The notes under the pieces were generated by a model. That model did no database searches. It had not been told where the DNA came from and saw nothing but the letters and a program-made list of their open reading frames with translations. Both the position numbers and the translations under genes were made by a program. Shown here one piece after another: positions 23,766 to 38,310 of a stretch of 64,000 nt of DNA. The stretch covers positions 14,262,001-14,326,000 of the forward strand of contig NC_045698.1 of NCBI RefSeq assembly GCF_009834535.1, given 5' to 3'. This DNA comes from Camelus ferus (Eukaryota). Each line of letters opens with the position of its first letter. Position 1 is the stretch's first letter.

Positions 23766-25599
23766 TGTAGACATATCTTTTGTGAGTTTTGTAATCCATA
23801 CCACATCCCATCAATGTGGATAGGCAAAACTTGACTAAGTTTCATATATAAATATTCTAAACTCTATAGGACTTCTGGATATCCATCTTTTGTGTGTGTG
23901 TGATGACAATGCCAGTTTGCTTTGGGGACTGTGCAATATACAAGTATAATTATAACTGAGTATTAGGAAAAAATATACATGGGGAAAATAAGTGTACATG
24001 CATTTGAGATAATTACTCATGTTTGCTATTTTTTGGGTTGCACTGAATTTCTGAGAACAAGCTTTATCTTCTATTTTAATTAAACTAAACACTTAATTAC
24101 ATTTCTAGTATTTTGTCAGCAGAAATGAATCTACAAATGTAGAGTGAAAAATTATGAGAGCTGGTCTTTAATGTCCCATCACAAACAGAGCATGTTATGG
24201 GCAATCTGTTCTTTGAGGGTACATAACAACCATGCTTCCCATGAATGTTAATTCCTCGAAAGCATTCAACTACAGTACAGAACTTTTTTTCACTTTCAGC
24301 TAATATCTATCAACTAAAGTCCAAAATCTTGAAAGTATATCATATTTATGATAAAAACCTGACCCTCAGGGTTTTAATTTCCAGCACAAGAGAATTCAGT
24401 AAGTGATTGGATAGTGCAGACTAAATACAAAGTTTGCTGCCAAGCAAAGAGTGCTCTACTCAAATTCATATCAATAAAATTTTTAAGTGTTTGTATAATT
24501 TTATTTTATTTTCAGTAGTCAATATGTCTAGAGCAATTTACTAGGTGCTATGGAGAATAAATAGTATCTGCCAAAAAGTACTTATAATAATAATTAGATG
24601 AAGACTTGTAAATGTGAAAATGGAAATAAGAAAAACCTCATATGCAATGAGAAATGTTAGTGTAGAGAGGTGTATGTCATAGAACGGTTTTCTCCCGTCA
24701 GCTCTCCTGGAGGATTACACACGTCAGTATAGCACGTGGACTCCAAAATCTCTTCTTAGGTTTGTGTACTCAGAAATCAGATTCTGTCGTCAACTAAGAA
24801 CAAGCCAGTTTCTCAGGACCAAACTGCCATTAACCAAGCTCACAAGACCGATGTATGAAACCAGAATGGTGATGGGTTCATCTCTACAGAGAACTATGAC
24901 TGCTTAAGAAGGACAAAACAGCAAGTTCTCACACGAGTGTATTCTCCCCCGATGAATAAGGAAAAAGTCAGATCTTAATGTCAAGGTAGCTTTGTGAGAA
25001 CAGAAGGAGAGCAAAGGAAGTAATAATATCATTGAAATACTGAATGGCATTGAACTAGATAACCTAATTCATCTTCCTTCAAAATATGGTAACACCTGGC
25101 CAGGGCAACCCATTTGTGAATGGATAATACTAGTATTTGGTCCTTATTCTTTGTTTCCGAGGCGGGTAGTAGCCCAATCTCAAATATACATTATTTCAAA
25201 AATTTAATACATTTAACATGGTTACATTTATATTTTGCTGAACTGAAAGCTGTTCTATCTATCTTCTCCTTGGGTGATGTGTCAACAGAACTCTCAGGTA
25301 CTTATATAAGTAAATGATGGGACAGTTTGTATCCCCCATTTAACCACATGTGTTGGAAAATTGTGTATACATTTACATATTTTAACTTTCTACCATTTCT
25401 TTAGATTATTCTTATTTGGCTTTTGCTACCTTTATCCCACCCATGAATCTCTTATAAACCTTTGTATACAATTCATTGTGATGAACACATTTTAATCATT
25501 ATTATTTAAATTTTCAGTAGTACTGATCATGTCAAAAAAAAAAAGTCCTCGTCTTAAGCAAAAATACAAACAAACAACACATTTTCCCTTAAGTTTTGA

Positions 25600-26360
25600 G
25601 ACAAAGTTCATTTTCAGTTTTTACTCCCATCTCTCTAGTTGCTCCTTTTCAAACTCCTTTGCAGTGTGCCCTTCCCTATGTTTAAATGTTGGAATTCATG
25701 ACTGTCTCTTTTCCTTACTTAGTACTCAAACACATGCAGTATTGTCAGAGACCAAACTTCACATAGTTTTATGCCAATGACACTCCCATGTGTAACCCTA
25801 GCCAATGCTTTTGTTCCAAACTGTACATCCAACTGCCTATTTCAATATCTCCTTGGATGTTCCTACAGTAACAAAAATATACCATTTCAGAAGTAGAATA
25901 ATGATCTCCTTCTCCCCTAAATCTGAATTTCACCCTATATTATCCTATTTCAGTGAATGGTATAATTACTGATCTGGTCATAGTTATTGATCTGATTCAA
26001 GGATCCAGGGGTCAACTTTTTATTTCTACTCCATCTCAACCCCCACAACACTTAGTGTATCATTATACACTATCATTTGGCCTTACAAATAGCATTCCAT
26101 TCCATTTATTGCCTTCTATCTCTACAGACACCTTTCTTGCCCAGTTTATCTTCATCTTTCCTCTAAATTACAGAAATAATTTCTTAATTGGCTTCTGCAT
26201 ATAAACTGTTATCCCCGTTCAAACCATTCTGCTCACTCTATCAGAATTACTTCTAAATAAAAGCCTGATGCTTATTGATCACCTCATTAACATCCTTCGA
26301 CTGATTTAACTATTTTTAGAGTGAAGAGGGAGGTTCTTACTTTGACATTTAAGACCCAGT
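25600..26360 (+). mobile_element. L2 fragment
   Basis: 'ttatgccaatgacactcccatgtg', 'catccaactgcctatttcaatatctccttggatgt', 'aataatttcttaattggcttctgc'. Confidence 0.7.
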
Positions 26361-29099
26361 ATCATTATTTACTTATTGTTTAAGAATCTGGAATATGCCT
26401 CAGACAGTGTGAGTTAAATATTTTAATTGTTCAACAAGCACTGAAATCTGTCTCATTGATACACCTTCTGAAAAAAGAAGCTGTATAGTTACAAGGATGA
26501 AGTGTTTAGTTCTAAATAATGGAATCCAAAATAACTTCAAAGAAAAGTTGGCATAGGAAGGAGAATTTTCTTATGAGAAGCAGTTGGAAAAGCTATTTTA
26601 GTCCAAGAAGTGGGGGCATGGCCAAAAGCGCAGTTAGCACGGTGAAGTGTTTCATTTGGACTAGAAGGGATCAAAAGTGGGCATGACACCAGGAGAGTCC
26701 CATTTGTAGGGTTCTTATCCTAACCATTTTCATGCTTGTCACCAAAGCACTCTCCCTGAAGCAAATTCTTTTTGCTGCTTTGTAGTGATGTAACAGAACT
26801 TCTCTGTAGTCATCGATTTAGATCCCACAAGAATGGGCAAAATAAAAAGAGACTTTACTTCATTCTTTTACTTGGAGGACATATCAAGAGGCTTCCCAAG
26901 GAGACTAAAATCAATTCTGAACTTCTCATTTGCATATTCTCACATAAGAGTGTCCATAAGGACTCTTACATTGCCTATTAAAGTAGATAAAAATATTTGA
27001 GTAAATATTGAATTAAGACAATGTCAAAATGACAACTAAATATTTCTGGTAGTTGTAAGGAATACCTTAGAGTGTGAAAACATGTGTACTATATTCAATA
27101 CACTTTATATTTCTTGCCTATGTCAGTGACACAAGACCTTAAGAGAAATATAATTGTCATTCCTGTGAAGTTCTGAGTGTGTGTTTGAGACATTACCTGA
27201 AATTTCAGTGTTTCTGGCATCATCCATATTTTTAGGAAAAAAAACTAGATTGGAAAGAGATTTTCAGTATTATTCAGGTTCTTTTTACTCTTAGAAGTTA
27301 AGGTTTGACTTCCCTAAACAAATACAATGAAGATTGGAATTCATCCTGAATGGCTTTAAAAGTCCAGAAATAATGAAAGTTTTAAAATAAAGTCACTGGA
27401 ACTAACTGTATTTAAAAACACTAACCGTGAACAGCTTTATCAATGATATACCATCAGTTGCACCTTTTCCAATGTTTGTGTGTATTTGTTTATATTTTTT
27501 AAAGTGCTTTGTAAGGTGTTGAGATGTTTTGGGGGCAACAAGAAATACTGAAGAATTGATCACCCCACTATCTTAAAAAATGTCTACATAATATTAGTTG
27601 TCTCATTTTTCATTCTTCAAAAGGACCATTAATTCTCAATGCCATTGATATTGTTCCAATAAAGGTTCTTTATGAATTGGATGTTTTCTATAATTAACAA
27701 ATAATAATCATTTGGGATTGCTTTCATAGCATTCAGAGCTTTTTAATATCCTTATTCCAACTACAGGACTGTAGATGTCTCACTGGCATTTGAATGTTTT
27801 TGAAAAATTTTTATAACTATAACATTTTGTAATGCTACTAAAATTTTATTAATATTTGCTACTAATAAGATGTCATTATTTTTATAAATGGATCTGAAAA
27901 AGGAAAACTTTAATAATTTGTCAACTTTCACATGATTTTAACTCATAAGCATGTTCATTATATAGCTATATATATCTATATGTCTATGAACTTAATTGTA
28001 ATTTGTGAAGTTATAATACAGTTCTTATTGCAAAGGCAATCTACATAGGGGAAGGGGGTGCTAGATAGTTCAACCACAGCAGAATAACATCACTAGGGTC
28101 CCTGGTTCAGTGTGGGGAATGCTCTCACTGGGCCCACAGCTCACGGGGCTCTTTTCTCACTGAGTTCCTCTTTCACTGGGTTCTCTCTGTAGTTCTTAGT
28201 AGAGTTTATATGAATGGGCTTATAGTTATGACCCTGGTAAGTTCTGTATTACAGACAAAAAATAGGGCTTAACTTATTTAGATGACCGACATATTTAGAA
28301 GGTCTTTGATTCTTTTTGTGTCTAGGACATTAGGGAAGATAAAGATTATTTTTAGGGCGTCTTAGTATCTGATTCAGTTTACTTGTATATTTACATCGAT
28401 TGGCTAATATGATGAATTGATAGATACCACCCATATCAATAATAGTTAAGGCATCTATTTCACCACATTCTCAATTTAGGCTTAAACATTTCAACACAGA
28501 TACTACAAACAACCCTTAGGGTACAGCATAGGTATTTAAAATTCACACCTAACGAGCTACTTTTAGATACCAAACCTTAAGGGAACCAAAAATTCTCTTT
28601 GTAACTCTCTTATTATAACTGTATTTTGAGACTAAAATTAGACTGTCACTTTGTTTTATGCAGCCAAGTGTTTTTGATGTGCTTTCCCCAAATACTGTTA
28701 ACAGTAAGGAAAGTTGTTTATGGTGAGATCCAAAATATTTTTAGATTACTTATTTAAGTCAATAGATACTCTGCTGCTTAATGTACCATTTTAGAGAGTG
28801 TATTGCACTGTGGTTGTATAAAAATGCCAGTGATACAATATTCACAAAATTTCTCTGATACTTTGAGAGAATGAGAGCAGAGGTTCCTCAAATACGCCAG
28901 AGAGCTGAGCACTGCAGCAGTTTCAAATCAATGAGGTCAGTTAAGTCCAGTTGTGAATATTCAATTGCATCTCAAAATGTTTACAAGGGAAGGCTCTCTG
29001 CTAAGTCCTGCCTGTAATTTTAGGATACAAAAAAAAAAAATTCATAGTCTCTGCACCTATACCATCCATGGTGTATTGGAGAAGAGAGAGAGAGACAGA

Positions 29100-30760
29100 T
29101 GGTGGAGGTTTAATACTGGCAATGTGATAAGTATTGCAAGGATGGCATGAAGTTAGGATGAGAACTCTTCCAAGAAGCAGCATCTAATCCAGTCTGAGAG
29201 GGACACAAAAATCTCCCCAGAGAAGATATACTGTGCTAACACCTGAAGGGTAGATGAGGGATAATCATATCCTGGGGGCATGAGACAGCCAGAATCTTCC
29301 AAAGCCAACAAGTAGACCTACATTTACACTTGTGTAATCAGAAAGCAAAGACACAAATGCTGGGATATGTAGCTGAAAAGTCAAAGACTGAGCGTAAGAA
29401 AGATTCTTACAGAGTCCTTCTACTGAGTCATTTTTCTCTAACATTAGAGCAGATTAAAAACGTTATAGATGGGGAAGAAGGGTAGAGGTAGTGGTGTGAA
29501 TCCTGAAAGTTGGAGTCTCAGTCTGAGTAAGCTCTGTTCAGAAATAGTGGCAATGAGCCGGGCAGAGGCACGCAGATAAACAGGTTATGTATTATCTGTT
29601 TACTTGCCAACTGAAGAAGTAGTTGATGATAGTAAACTATTCAACTTTTTTTGATCATTTGGTCAGGAAAAAAATTTGTCTGAGTTCTGACCTCCCCTTT
29701 TCACGTAGAGATTTTTCCACAAGGACCAGGACATGCATGCACTCCTTTAATGTGGATGGAGGAAATCTGGACTTCTATAGAGTTAGACATAAGATGAAAG
29801 GAAAGAATATATCTTGGATTAAAAGTGTCATCAGGAATAAGAACAGAATCTTGTAGAGCGGGGACAGGAGTAGAATGAACCAGGGTTTTTGATGGAAATT
29901 CTAACAGTCTCTGTGTATGATAGATTTGCATTTCATGCTGATTACAAACCCTGGTTCAGAAATGGAGATAGTGCACATTTGGCCATGAGACCATGGGCTG
30001 TGTTACTTGTGTCAAGTTTCCCACAGCCCCAAACTGATAAAAGTGTAATCTAATATTTAGTCTGTGCTCTGAACTAGACAAATAAGAGAGAAGCAGAACT
30101 GGTATACTCCAAGAAGGCGGAGTGACTGAGCATATACCATCTATCAGAGGGATGTGGTACAAATGGCACATACTATGGGTCAAGAGCATGTAACAACTAC
30201 ATCTCTGAGCAGTAGTCATGTATGTGAGCCAGTATCACAGCTGGTCCACCATCAGGATGCTAGATCTAGGACGATGGAAAGATTAATACCATGTTTACAC
30301 ATGCGGCAAAGAAAAATGAGGATTTAGAGTTAAATTAAGATACTGCTTTCAAGAGGTATCTAATATGTGAATGATAGTTTTTGTACAATTACTGAATGTA
30401 TTTGAGATGATTCACATGTCAGTTACCATTCTGTGATAGAGAACAGAATAGAGCATCGAATCAATAATGAAAAAATGAAATAAAGAAATCATGAAAGTTT
30501 GCCAGGGACTACTGAGTATCTCCACCATGGACTGGAGATAATGAGCTTGTATTCCACCAGCAGAATGGTGAACGTTTGACTAATCAACATGCCGGTGTTT
30601 TGCCCATTTGACATGGTAAAAAGACAAGGGAGTTGGCATCTGTAAAACCGAATAAAATTACAGATGAATGAGATTTTCACAGACAAGGAAAAATATTAAA
30701 ACAAGGGATTGAAGGTCTCGGGAAGATGGAAATGTGGAAGGACAAACAGTAGTCGAAATA
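29100..30760 (-). mobile_element. Dispersed, highly diverged L2 fragments
   Basis: Antisense L2-like motifs 'gcagcatctaatccagtctgagag', 'agtttgccagggactactgagtatctccacc'. Boundaries uncertain. Confidence 0.4.
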
Positions 30761-32682
30761 TATAGGGAAGATATTGACCTCTACCTGTTCAACTGAGGTT
30801 TTTGAAAACAAATTCTTTACAAACACCCATGCATGCAGTCACTCTGAGTGTTAGTCATAACAGAAGACATGTAAAGAGATAGCTTCCCATGGTCCAATTT
30901 TAAGTGAAATGTAGGGTATCTAGCCTTTGTCCCAGGAAGAATGTGTTAGTGCTATTTTTGACTTTTTTGTAAATCTCTGGGCAAGGGTTGCAGTCTCCTA
31001 CTTTAATTCATAAACTCTTATGGTTCATGAGTGCTAATTGATCTCTTATAGACCATGGCCCCATGGTTAGTTGTTTGTAGTTTCCAAGTCATGTTAGAAT
31101 TGCCTACTAGAAAACAACAATTGGTTATTTATAGGTATTGTAAATGTATATTTTAATAATAATGTCCTTTATTTGGTTTTCTCTTTTTCATTTCTCACTG
31201 CCCCTTTTCCAGGTAAATGGCATTATCAAAAGAAGACTGCCCATATTGTCAATAATTTTAGAAATGCATTCTCAAAATTCCTTGGGGAAAGAAATTGAAG
31301 ATTTGTTAAAAAAATTAGAAGTCTCACTTAAAATATCAAATAATTTTTCAGTCAGTATGCTCAGTATCTTTACTTCTGTTCACTGACCTAAATTTAACTT
31401 TGTAAATCTTTTTGAGGACTTCATTAATTATTTATGGATAAAGTGAGAACTTCTGGCATTTTGTAAACATTGCTGAATTCTCTTTCCTGTACGCTGTTTC
31501 TTTCCCAATACTTTCAGGAGCCTTTTTATATAATAAAATTTCAACTTAAACCAAATTAGTCAAAACCTGGCTAAGTTTAGCTCGTGGGGCTGTTACTGGT
31601 ATTGTTACTTCTGTGCCAGATTTTGAATTGCAACATTATGCTGAGTGTAACTTTGCAAGTCACGATACTGCATAAGTGCTTGTCATAATTTGGGGCTGAA
31701 GAGTTGTAAAAATTACCTTTCTTTAAATCAGCATTTTTATTTCTGTTTACCATTATGAAATGTTAAATCACTAAATACAAAAAAACTCCTCAAATGCTTT
31801 AGGAAGGAAAATTAGCTTTAGCAAAGCCTTTTTTTTTTTTCTTTTTCATTTTCTTTTTTTTACATAAATTCAGGTCTTTATATTGCCAGATTGGGAAGAA
31901 AATAAAAATTCTCTTCAAGTTCAATTTATAAGGACATTTTCACTTCCAGAAAAAAAGTCAAGTTTGCTCTTTTTGGTTAGCTCTTCTGTTTCACTTCCTT
32001 ATGCTATTGAGGAAAGAAATGCTATTTTCATGGATAACAACCCACTCATGAATTTATTAAAAAGTGAAATTTCCTTAGTAGAAAGCAAAAAGCCACACAA
32101 CACTAAAATTGATAAAGCCCACAAACTACAAACATTAAAATGTCTCTTACATATAAAAACATCACTAAACTTTCCATATCACATACACTTTTGAGTGGCT
32201 GAATTATTTTGAAATTGCTTTGAATAGAGAAGGAAGTGGGGTGTCACACAAGTGGCCACAATTGGTGCAGTATATTGGAAGAACTAGTTCTTTCTGTAGG
32301 AACAGATTGGTGAAGACACCATACTTAAGGTGTGCAGTTCAGAGAAGGTGGATAAGCAAAAATCAAGGCTTAGTTTCTTGAATCTTGAAACAAGAAATGA
32401 GCATCTCTCAGAAGGCCTTATAATGCAAGTAAGAAAGATGAAGCAGAAAAGGATACCAAGTGGATATACACTTTCCTACTAAGCACACTGTTAGGGATTA
32501 TCATTCCACTTTGTGAACTGGAACTGGGCTCCATGCCTTATCCTTTATATATAATAAATGCATAGGTCTTTATTCACTGTATGAGTTCGAAGTCGTCAAC
32601 AAGATCTTGACCACAGGATTCATTTGAAGGCAAGAGAAAGAGAGATAGATTTGGGCAGGAAGAGGGCAAGAGAGATAGTTGA

Positions 32683-32850
32683 CTAGCAAGTAATGCCTAT
32701 GTGTGTTTACTATGTGTCAGAATATTACTAAACACTTTAGAGTATTTAACATTTGATTTTCATAACAGGATGAGGAAGGTACTATTCTTATCATGACTGG
32801 AACTGAGAAACTAGGAGGTTAAGTAACTTGCCAATGTCACATAGACATGG
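32683..32850 (-). mobile_element. MIR SINE
   Basis: 'tttactatgtgtcagaatattactaaacacttta', 'aactgag...gaggttaagtaacttgccaatgtcaca' is the antisense MIR core. Confidence 0.8.
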
Positions 32851-33321
32851 GCCCACGTGCCCAACACAGGCATGCTAGATCCACAGTTTATACACTTAAA
32901 CATTCTCTGGTTGGGCCCATATTAAAATGATATAGGTAGAGATACAAGGGATTATAATAAGTGAAGTTACGCTCAATATCCAACTGAAATAGACATAGAG
33001 CTTTTAGACTCCATGGCGTGACTTTCTGAAACAAAATTCTGCTGCCCAGAGTAGAATAAACGTGCAAAGCATTTGTCACTTGGAGAGTTTTTGTTTATTG
33101 ATCTTTGCTTACAAGTAGGTATGATCCAGAATTTATGTATATAAAATGAAGTAAAACATTTTGTTTTATAAAAAAATTTTTAGTATCTGAGTATAAAGCA
33201 ATTTTAAGAAAATAAAAAAAAATAGGATGAGATATTTATGGTAGACATTTTTTTCCTTTTTGTAGAATGGGTTTCCTAAAGCAATACTGTCAAGTTATAG
33301 ATGCAATTAATAAGACACTGA

Positions 33322-33545
33322 GACTTGCAAATGTTAGCCGCTATATAGAAGAACAGATAAAACAAAGGTCTCTTCTCTATAGCACAAGGAACTATATTCA
33401 ATATCTTGTAATAACTTTTAATGAAAAAGTATATGAAAGTGAATACGTGTATGTATATCCATGATTGGGACATTGTGCTGTACACAAGAAATTGACACAT
33501 TGTAACTGAGTGTATTTCAATTAAAAAAAGAAAAAAGAAAAAAAA
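33322..33545 (+). mobile_element. 5'-truncated L1 3' end
   Basis: Similar to the L1 3'UTRs at 11.6 and 12.8 kb ('tatagcacaaggaactatattcaatatcttgtaataac', 'gaaattgacacattgtaactga') with an A-tail. TSD-like 'aagacactga' (33312-33321) / 'aacacactga' (33544-33553). Confidence 0.9.
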
Positions 33546-35699
33546 CACACTGAATGTGAGAAGAATCCAGAGTTTTATTTCAGGGAATGAAAATGAGTAA
33601 CTAGAACATTCAGATCAGGCAGAAACGAAGTTTCAGCACCTTAGAGACAAGACAATGAAGTGAGTCACCTGAGAATAAGGCATCGGTAATGAACTTGAGG
33701 AGGTGAGCAATGTCTTAGCATTTTCATGGTATCCAGCACCAAGAAAATATCACTAAACAAAGAATAAGTATTGTACTGATTATATCTAGAAATAAAATAA
33801 AAATAGTAATGCCATTTGAAGCACAGGACAGTAAAATTAAGGAATGTTTGCTTAGAATTGACCTAGAGAGATGACTTCTAAATGAATGGAGTTTGCATAT
33901 ATTTTACTGATGACATGTAACGATGCAGAGCATCACAGAATGACACATCATCTCTGTAAATGCTTTAATTCTATGAGACTATTGGAGAACAACATAAAAG
34001 ATCACTCACAGGCATTTGGGAAGAAATACACATTTTTTTTTTTCCCCAGTAAGAACAAGCCGTGCACACAGCAGTTGATAAATACTTGCCTAATAAAAAT
34101 AGTGTGGGTAAGGGAATTTTATCCCCAGAAAATAACCAATTTAGGGATATCACAAGGCAATTGATTTTCAACACATTACAAAAAGGACAGTTTTGTTTTG
34201 CAAAGGAGTAATCACAAGGCATCTATTATCCTATTTTTATTATTCATGTCTTCCTCTACTACTCACCAGTAATCTATGTTCCACTAAAAATCTTCTATCT
34301 TTATAACTTAAACACCACAAAGCACTCTGAATATTGACTCCTCCCTTGAGTTCATATTTAGTAAGGATCTGTTGTTTCTCTGTTGCTACATTATATATTT
34401 TTCATGTGCTAGTTTTAGTAAGATGATTCCATGAAAATAATAATAAGGAAGCAGAGGATAAGTCTTGGGAGCTATTCGGCCAACATAAGCATTATAGAAT
34501 ACATAGATTCTATAAAATCTAGTAAAAACTGATTGTTTCTACTCCAATATTTAGATGAGTGATATTAACATCTGCTCTTGAGGGGATTATATAAATATTT
34601 TAAAAAATCAAGGTATCAAATAAATATACAAGATTTGGCACTAAGAATATAGGGCAGCTACAAAAAGACATTCTTTGCTGCATAATTTAACCAGATCCAC
34701 ACCTTTAATGTAAAGGATCAATTAGCTAGCTGAACCCTTCCGAATATTCCCCTTAAATTGATGTTACAATTTAAAAGTAATTGTTCATTTTGGAAAGAAT
34801 TTCAACAATTTAAGCAAAACCCCCAAAAAAAAAGATTGAAATATAAAAATGAAGAATAAAAACCACAGGACTCAAAAGCTTTTTACCAGAGATAATTTAA
34901 ACTTCATATATTTTATATAGATTATTAATGTAAAGGAACTCCACGCAAAGCTACTTTGAAATTAGAAAGGAAAAAATATCATTCATACATAATTGCCTAG
35001 ATTTTCCAATGGTCTGTATTTCTACATTAGTATAAAATTGCCGTCTTCTAACATCTTTCATAGAGCTTGCCGTGTAGAAACATTTGTGGTGGATAAGTTA
35101 CATCAGATAGGTGAAGGATCATTTTCAAACTCTGTGGAAATAACTCAATTTTATACCACAGAATCTATCTATAATATTTGCTACAGATTTTTCCTCATTT
35201 TTTAAAACTTTAAAATTGTACTAAACTTAATAGAGTAACTTTTGCCCGAATATTTCTGCTCCCTCTTGGAATTCCTTTCAGTATTGATGACATCATTCTG
35301 ATCTGACATCTTCTTCTGCATCCTTTCCTACTTTCAATTAATTTTGGTTACATCTCTATTTCAGGGATGTCTCTCCAATCAAGTCCCACAGTCTAACATG
35401 TACAGCCCTCAGCGATGCCTGTGGGAAGGCACTTACCATGTCTCCACTGTGAGTGACAGGACCTGCTGGCCCCTTTCCCTACCACTCTCATTTAGTTGTT
35501 TATATTGTTCCTTAGACAGAGTTCTTAGATTTAGAAAAAGAGATCTATTCTAACAGGTTAAAGAAGAAAGGGCATTATTAAGCTGTACATTCAACTCATA
35601 GAATCTTTAATGGGGCCAAAACAACAGACTGTGCTGAGCTTCCGTGAAGAATTCCCCACCACAGAACTGCACTATCAAATGAGCAACTTTGGCATGATC

Positions 35700-35951
35700 A
35701 TGACAGTAATCACTCCAGAGTCATACTGCCTGTGATCTAAGACAATAAAATCTGTCTCTGTCTCTCTCCCTAACCAATTTAACTCTGCACAGCCTCTCAT
35801 TAGTGCACTGATTCGAGAATGTCAAATTCCACCTGGAATTCTTGTAATGGAGTCTGGGAAAAGCAGTTTTTAGTTTTCCAACCAAGACAGTTACAAGGAG
35901 GGGTGCTGGTGAGAGTGAGTGTTAAACGAGTGAATTTATAAAATCCATCAC
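35700..35951 (-). mobile_element. Old MLT1 (K/L-like) MaLR LTR fragment
   Basis: 'ggagtctgggaaaagcagtttttagttttcca...gagtgttaaacgagtgaatttataaaatccatcaca'. Confidence 0.55.
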
Positions 35952-36149
35952 ATTTGCAAACAAAATTCTATTTTTAAAACCTAATCTCATCATGAAATGA
36001 CCATACTTCTGCTGAAATGTTTTCATTAAACATTGTCTAAAGGCTAAAATTCAAACTTATTAATATTTCTTTACATAGCCATTGATGTGCTCAAAAACTT
36101 TCTATAGAGTTCAATTCTGCTTAGTCTTCTTCTAGCCTCCTGTAAGGAA

Positions 36150-36770
36150 TACAGCATGGCTCCGTGCCATCAAAGAGTTTAATCCGTAGGCAGGATGCTA
36201 TGTAAAATAAGTACTAAGCAAAGTAAGCTGGGATGACACGACGGTGTTGAGTAAAACGTCCTGTGAGACCTGAAGGGAGTAATGTGCGCTTAAGGAAGTG
36301 AAGGTGAGAAAACTGTTTGAAGAGCAAGGGGCATTTCAGCAAGTTTTGGAACCACAAAAATGTATCGGCCTCGTTGCCAAGTGATCATGGCGTAGAGAAA
36401 CAAAGACAAGCAGAATCCATAGACTTGTGTAAAGATATGAAAATCTGGAATATGTAAGAAAAAGAAAATGTTAGAGAAGGTAAGTTTTTAGGAATGACAG
36501 AAAATTTGGTTCTATATGTTGACAGGATGGCAATCAGCAGATGAAGAATCTCATTGGCCCTACTAAAGGGTTTTAATGGTGTCCTACAAATGGTTGAGAA
36601 CCTCTGAAGGAGTTTGAACAAAGAGGTGAAGACAAGGTGAAGTTTTTTTTGATGGTATGATGGGGTATAGAATGAAAAAATGGCAGGGCTAAAACCATGT
36701 AGAACACTCACAAGCAATTATTCTAGGATCAGATTCAAATTCAGACAGTGGCCTTGGGTATTGGAAGGAG
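36150..36770 (-). mobile_element. L2 fragment
   Basis: 'gctccgtgccatcaaagagtttaatccgtag', 'aatggttgagaacctctgaaggagtttgaacaaagaggtga'. Confidence 0.6.
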
Positions 36771-36859
36771 CCAGTGCTTTGTAACCAAACGAGGATGTAT
36801 GAACATCATAACTCAACGTGGCTGGTCTTCAGTACTGTGACTTATTTACTAATACTGTC

Positions 36860-37185
36860 CCCTATCCTACTCCAGTGATTCTGAACTAATCACCTTTCTC
36901 GGGCCACGCCTTTTGTTTCACGCCTTTGTACATTCTTTTCCCTCTGCCTGAGATAGCCTGCCACTCATCTCTGCTCAGTTTTCTATCTAACAAAATCCAG
37001 CTCAAAAGGGCTTTGCTGTTGTAAATCTCCTTTCACGCTCCAAGGCAGTGACAAACATTCCTTCTTCACTGCATGAAGAATTCTGCCTTCTTTCCTAAAT
37101 AAAAGTACAGGTTTGATTATACTTTAAGTTGTTTGTGGTCTACATTCCCACTTGGATGTGTCTAAGGGACACAGACTATGTTTTC
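36860..37185 (+). mobile_element. L2 3' fragment
   Basis: 'cgcctttgtacattcttttccctctgcctgaga', 'cccacttggatgtgtctaagggacacagactatg'. Confidence 0.6.
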
Positions 37186-38109
37186 ACTTGTTGAAGGTAA
37201 CAGAATTGAGAAATGTAGAAAATTCATATAAATTAAGGTAAAGTGTGCAAATTTTTCTAGGATATATAGGAAAGCCCAAGAAAAACACCAAGATAATTAA
37301 CATGTGAAAAGATTTCCAACTTCTCCATTCTCTTTTTATACTTAATTTGTCATGTTTCCATTTAGGGAATATTGATATAAACATACAATATATTTTCAAA
37401 CTAGTGGGTGTGACAATGACCACAGTTTAATCATTTGGTTAATTAGCAAAGGCAAATCAGCATTTTATTTTGGTCTTTGGCCAAACCTGAGGGGTTTGTA
37501 CTTTTTAAATATGATTTTCTTTTCCTATCAACAGAATAATGTCTGGTGAAGGCCCAGGTCATTTTTAACCACTGTAATTTCCTCTTAATCAGTTTTCTTG
37601 TCCTACACTTCATTTTCCTTTAATCAGTTCATACCTTACCCATTGTTAGTACCAATTCAAAATTATAATGTTTAAGCCCATTTTCTAAGGTAGCCAGGCA
37701 GCAAGTTATTTTATACCACAACTTTCCTTAGGCACTCCTATGACTATCCATTTATCACTTGGTCCCTTTTCCAAAGCAATAACTTCTGCTAGGAAATATG
37801 TTCTATTAGATATCCACCAAATATCAAGTGTAATACAAATCTTATTTTTGAATCATTTTCTTCATAAAAGGTAGTAAAAAAAATACAGTATTCTAAAATA
37901 TTGCTGGCTTTTCTATTCTATACTTTTACACAAATTAAGTGGATTTGTGCACCATTCCTTCTTAAGTAATTTAATATTTTTTGATTCATGTTGGTAATCT
38001 GACCTTGGTTTGTATTTAGAAAAATATTATAAGAGCTTATTGCCTTTCTGTAACAGGAGGACAGGCTGAAGAAGCTTGTTGTATGGGAATATGTGAGGGG
38101 TAGGATTTG

Positions 38110-38310
38110 TGACCCAGAAGCTCTGATCTTTGGTGAAATCATGACTTCACAAATTAGTTGCTCTGTGACAATTGATGAATTACTCACAGTCTCTAAGCTT
38201 TAGATTTCTCAAATGTGAAAAAAAAAAAAAAGACAATATCTTTCTCATGGAATTCCTGCAAGGTTTAGGAATAATATAAGTAGCAAGACTAGAAACTAGT
38301 CAGAAAATAT
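38110..38310 (+). mobile_element. MIR SINE
   Basis: Core 'tgctctgtgacaattgatgaattactcacagtctctaagctttagatttctcaaatgtgaaa'. Confidence 0.7.

Noticed and set aside
33632..33750. REST/RE1 sites (TTCAGCACC, TCCAGCACC)
   Set aside because: Only left half-sites; the GGACAG right half is missing.
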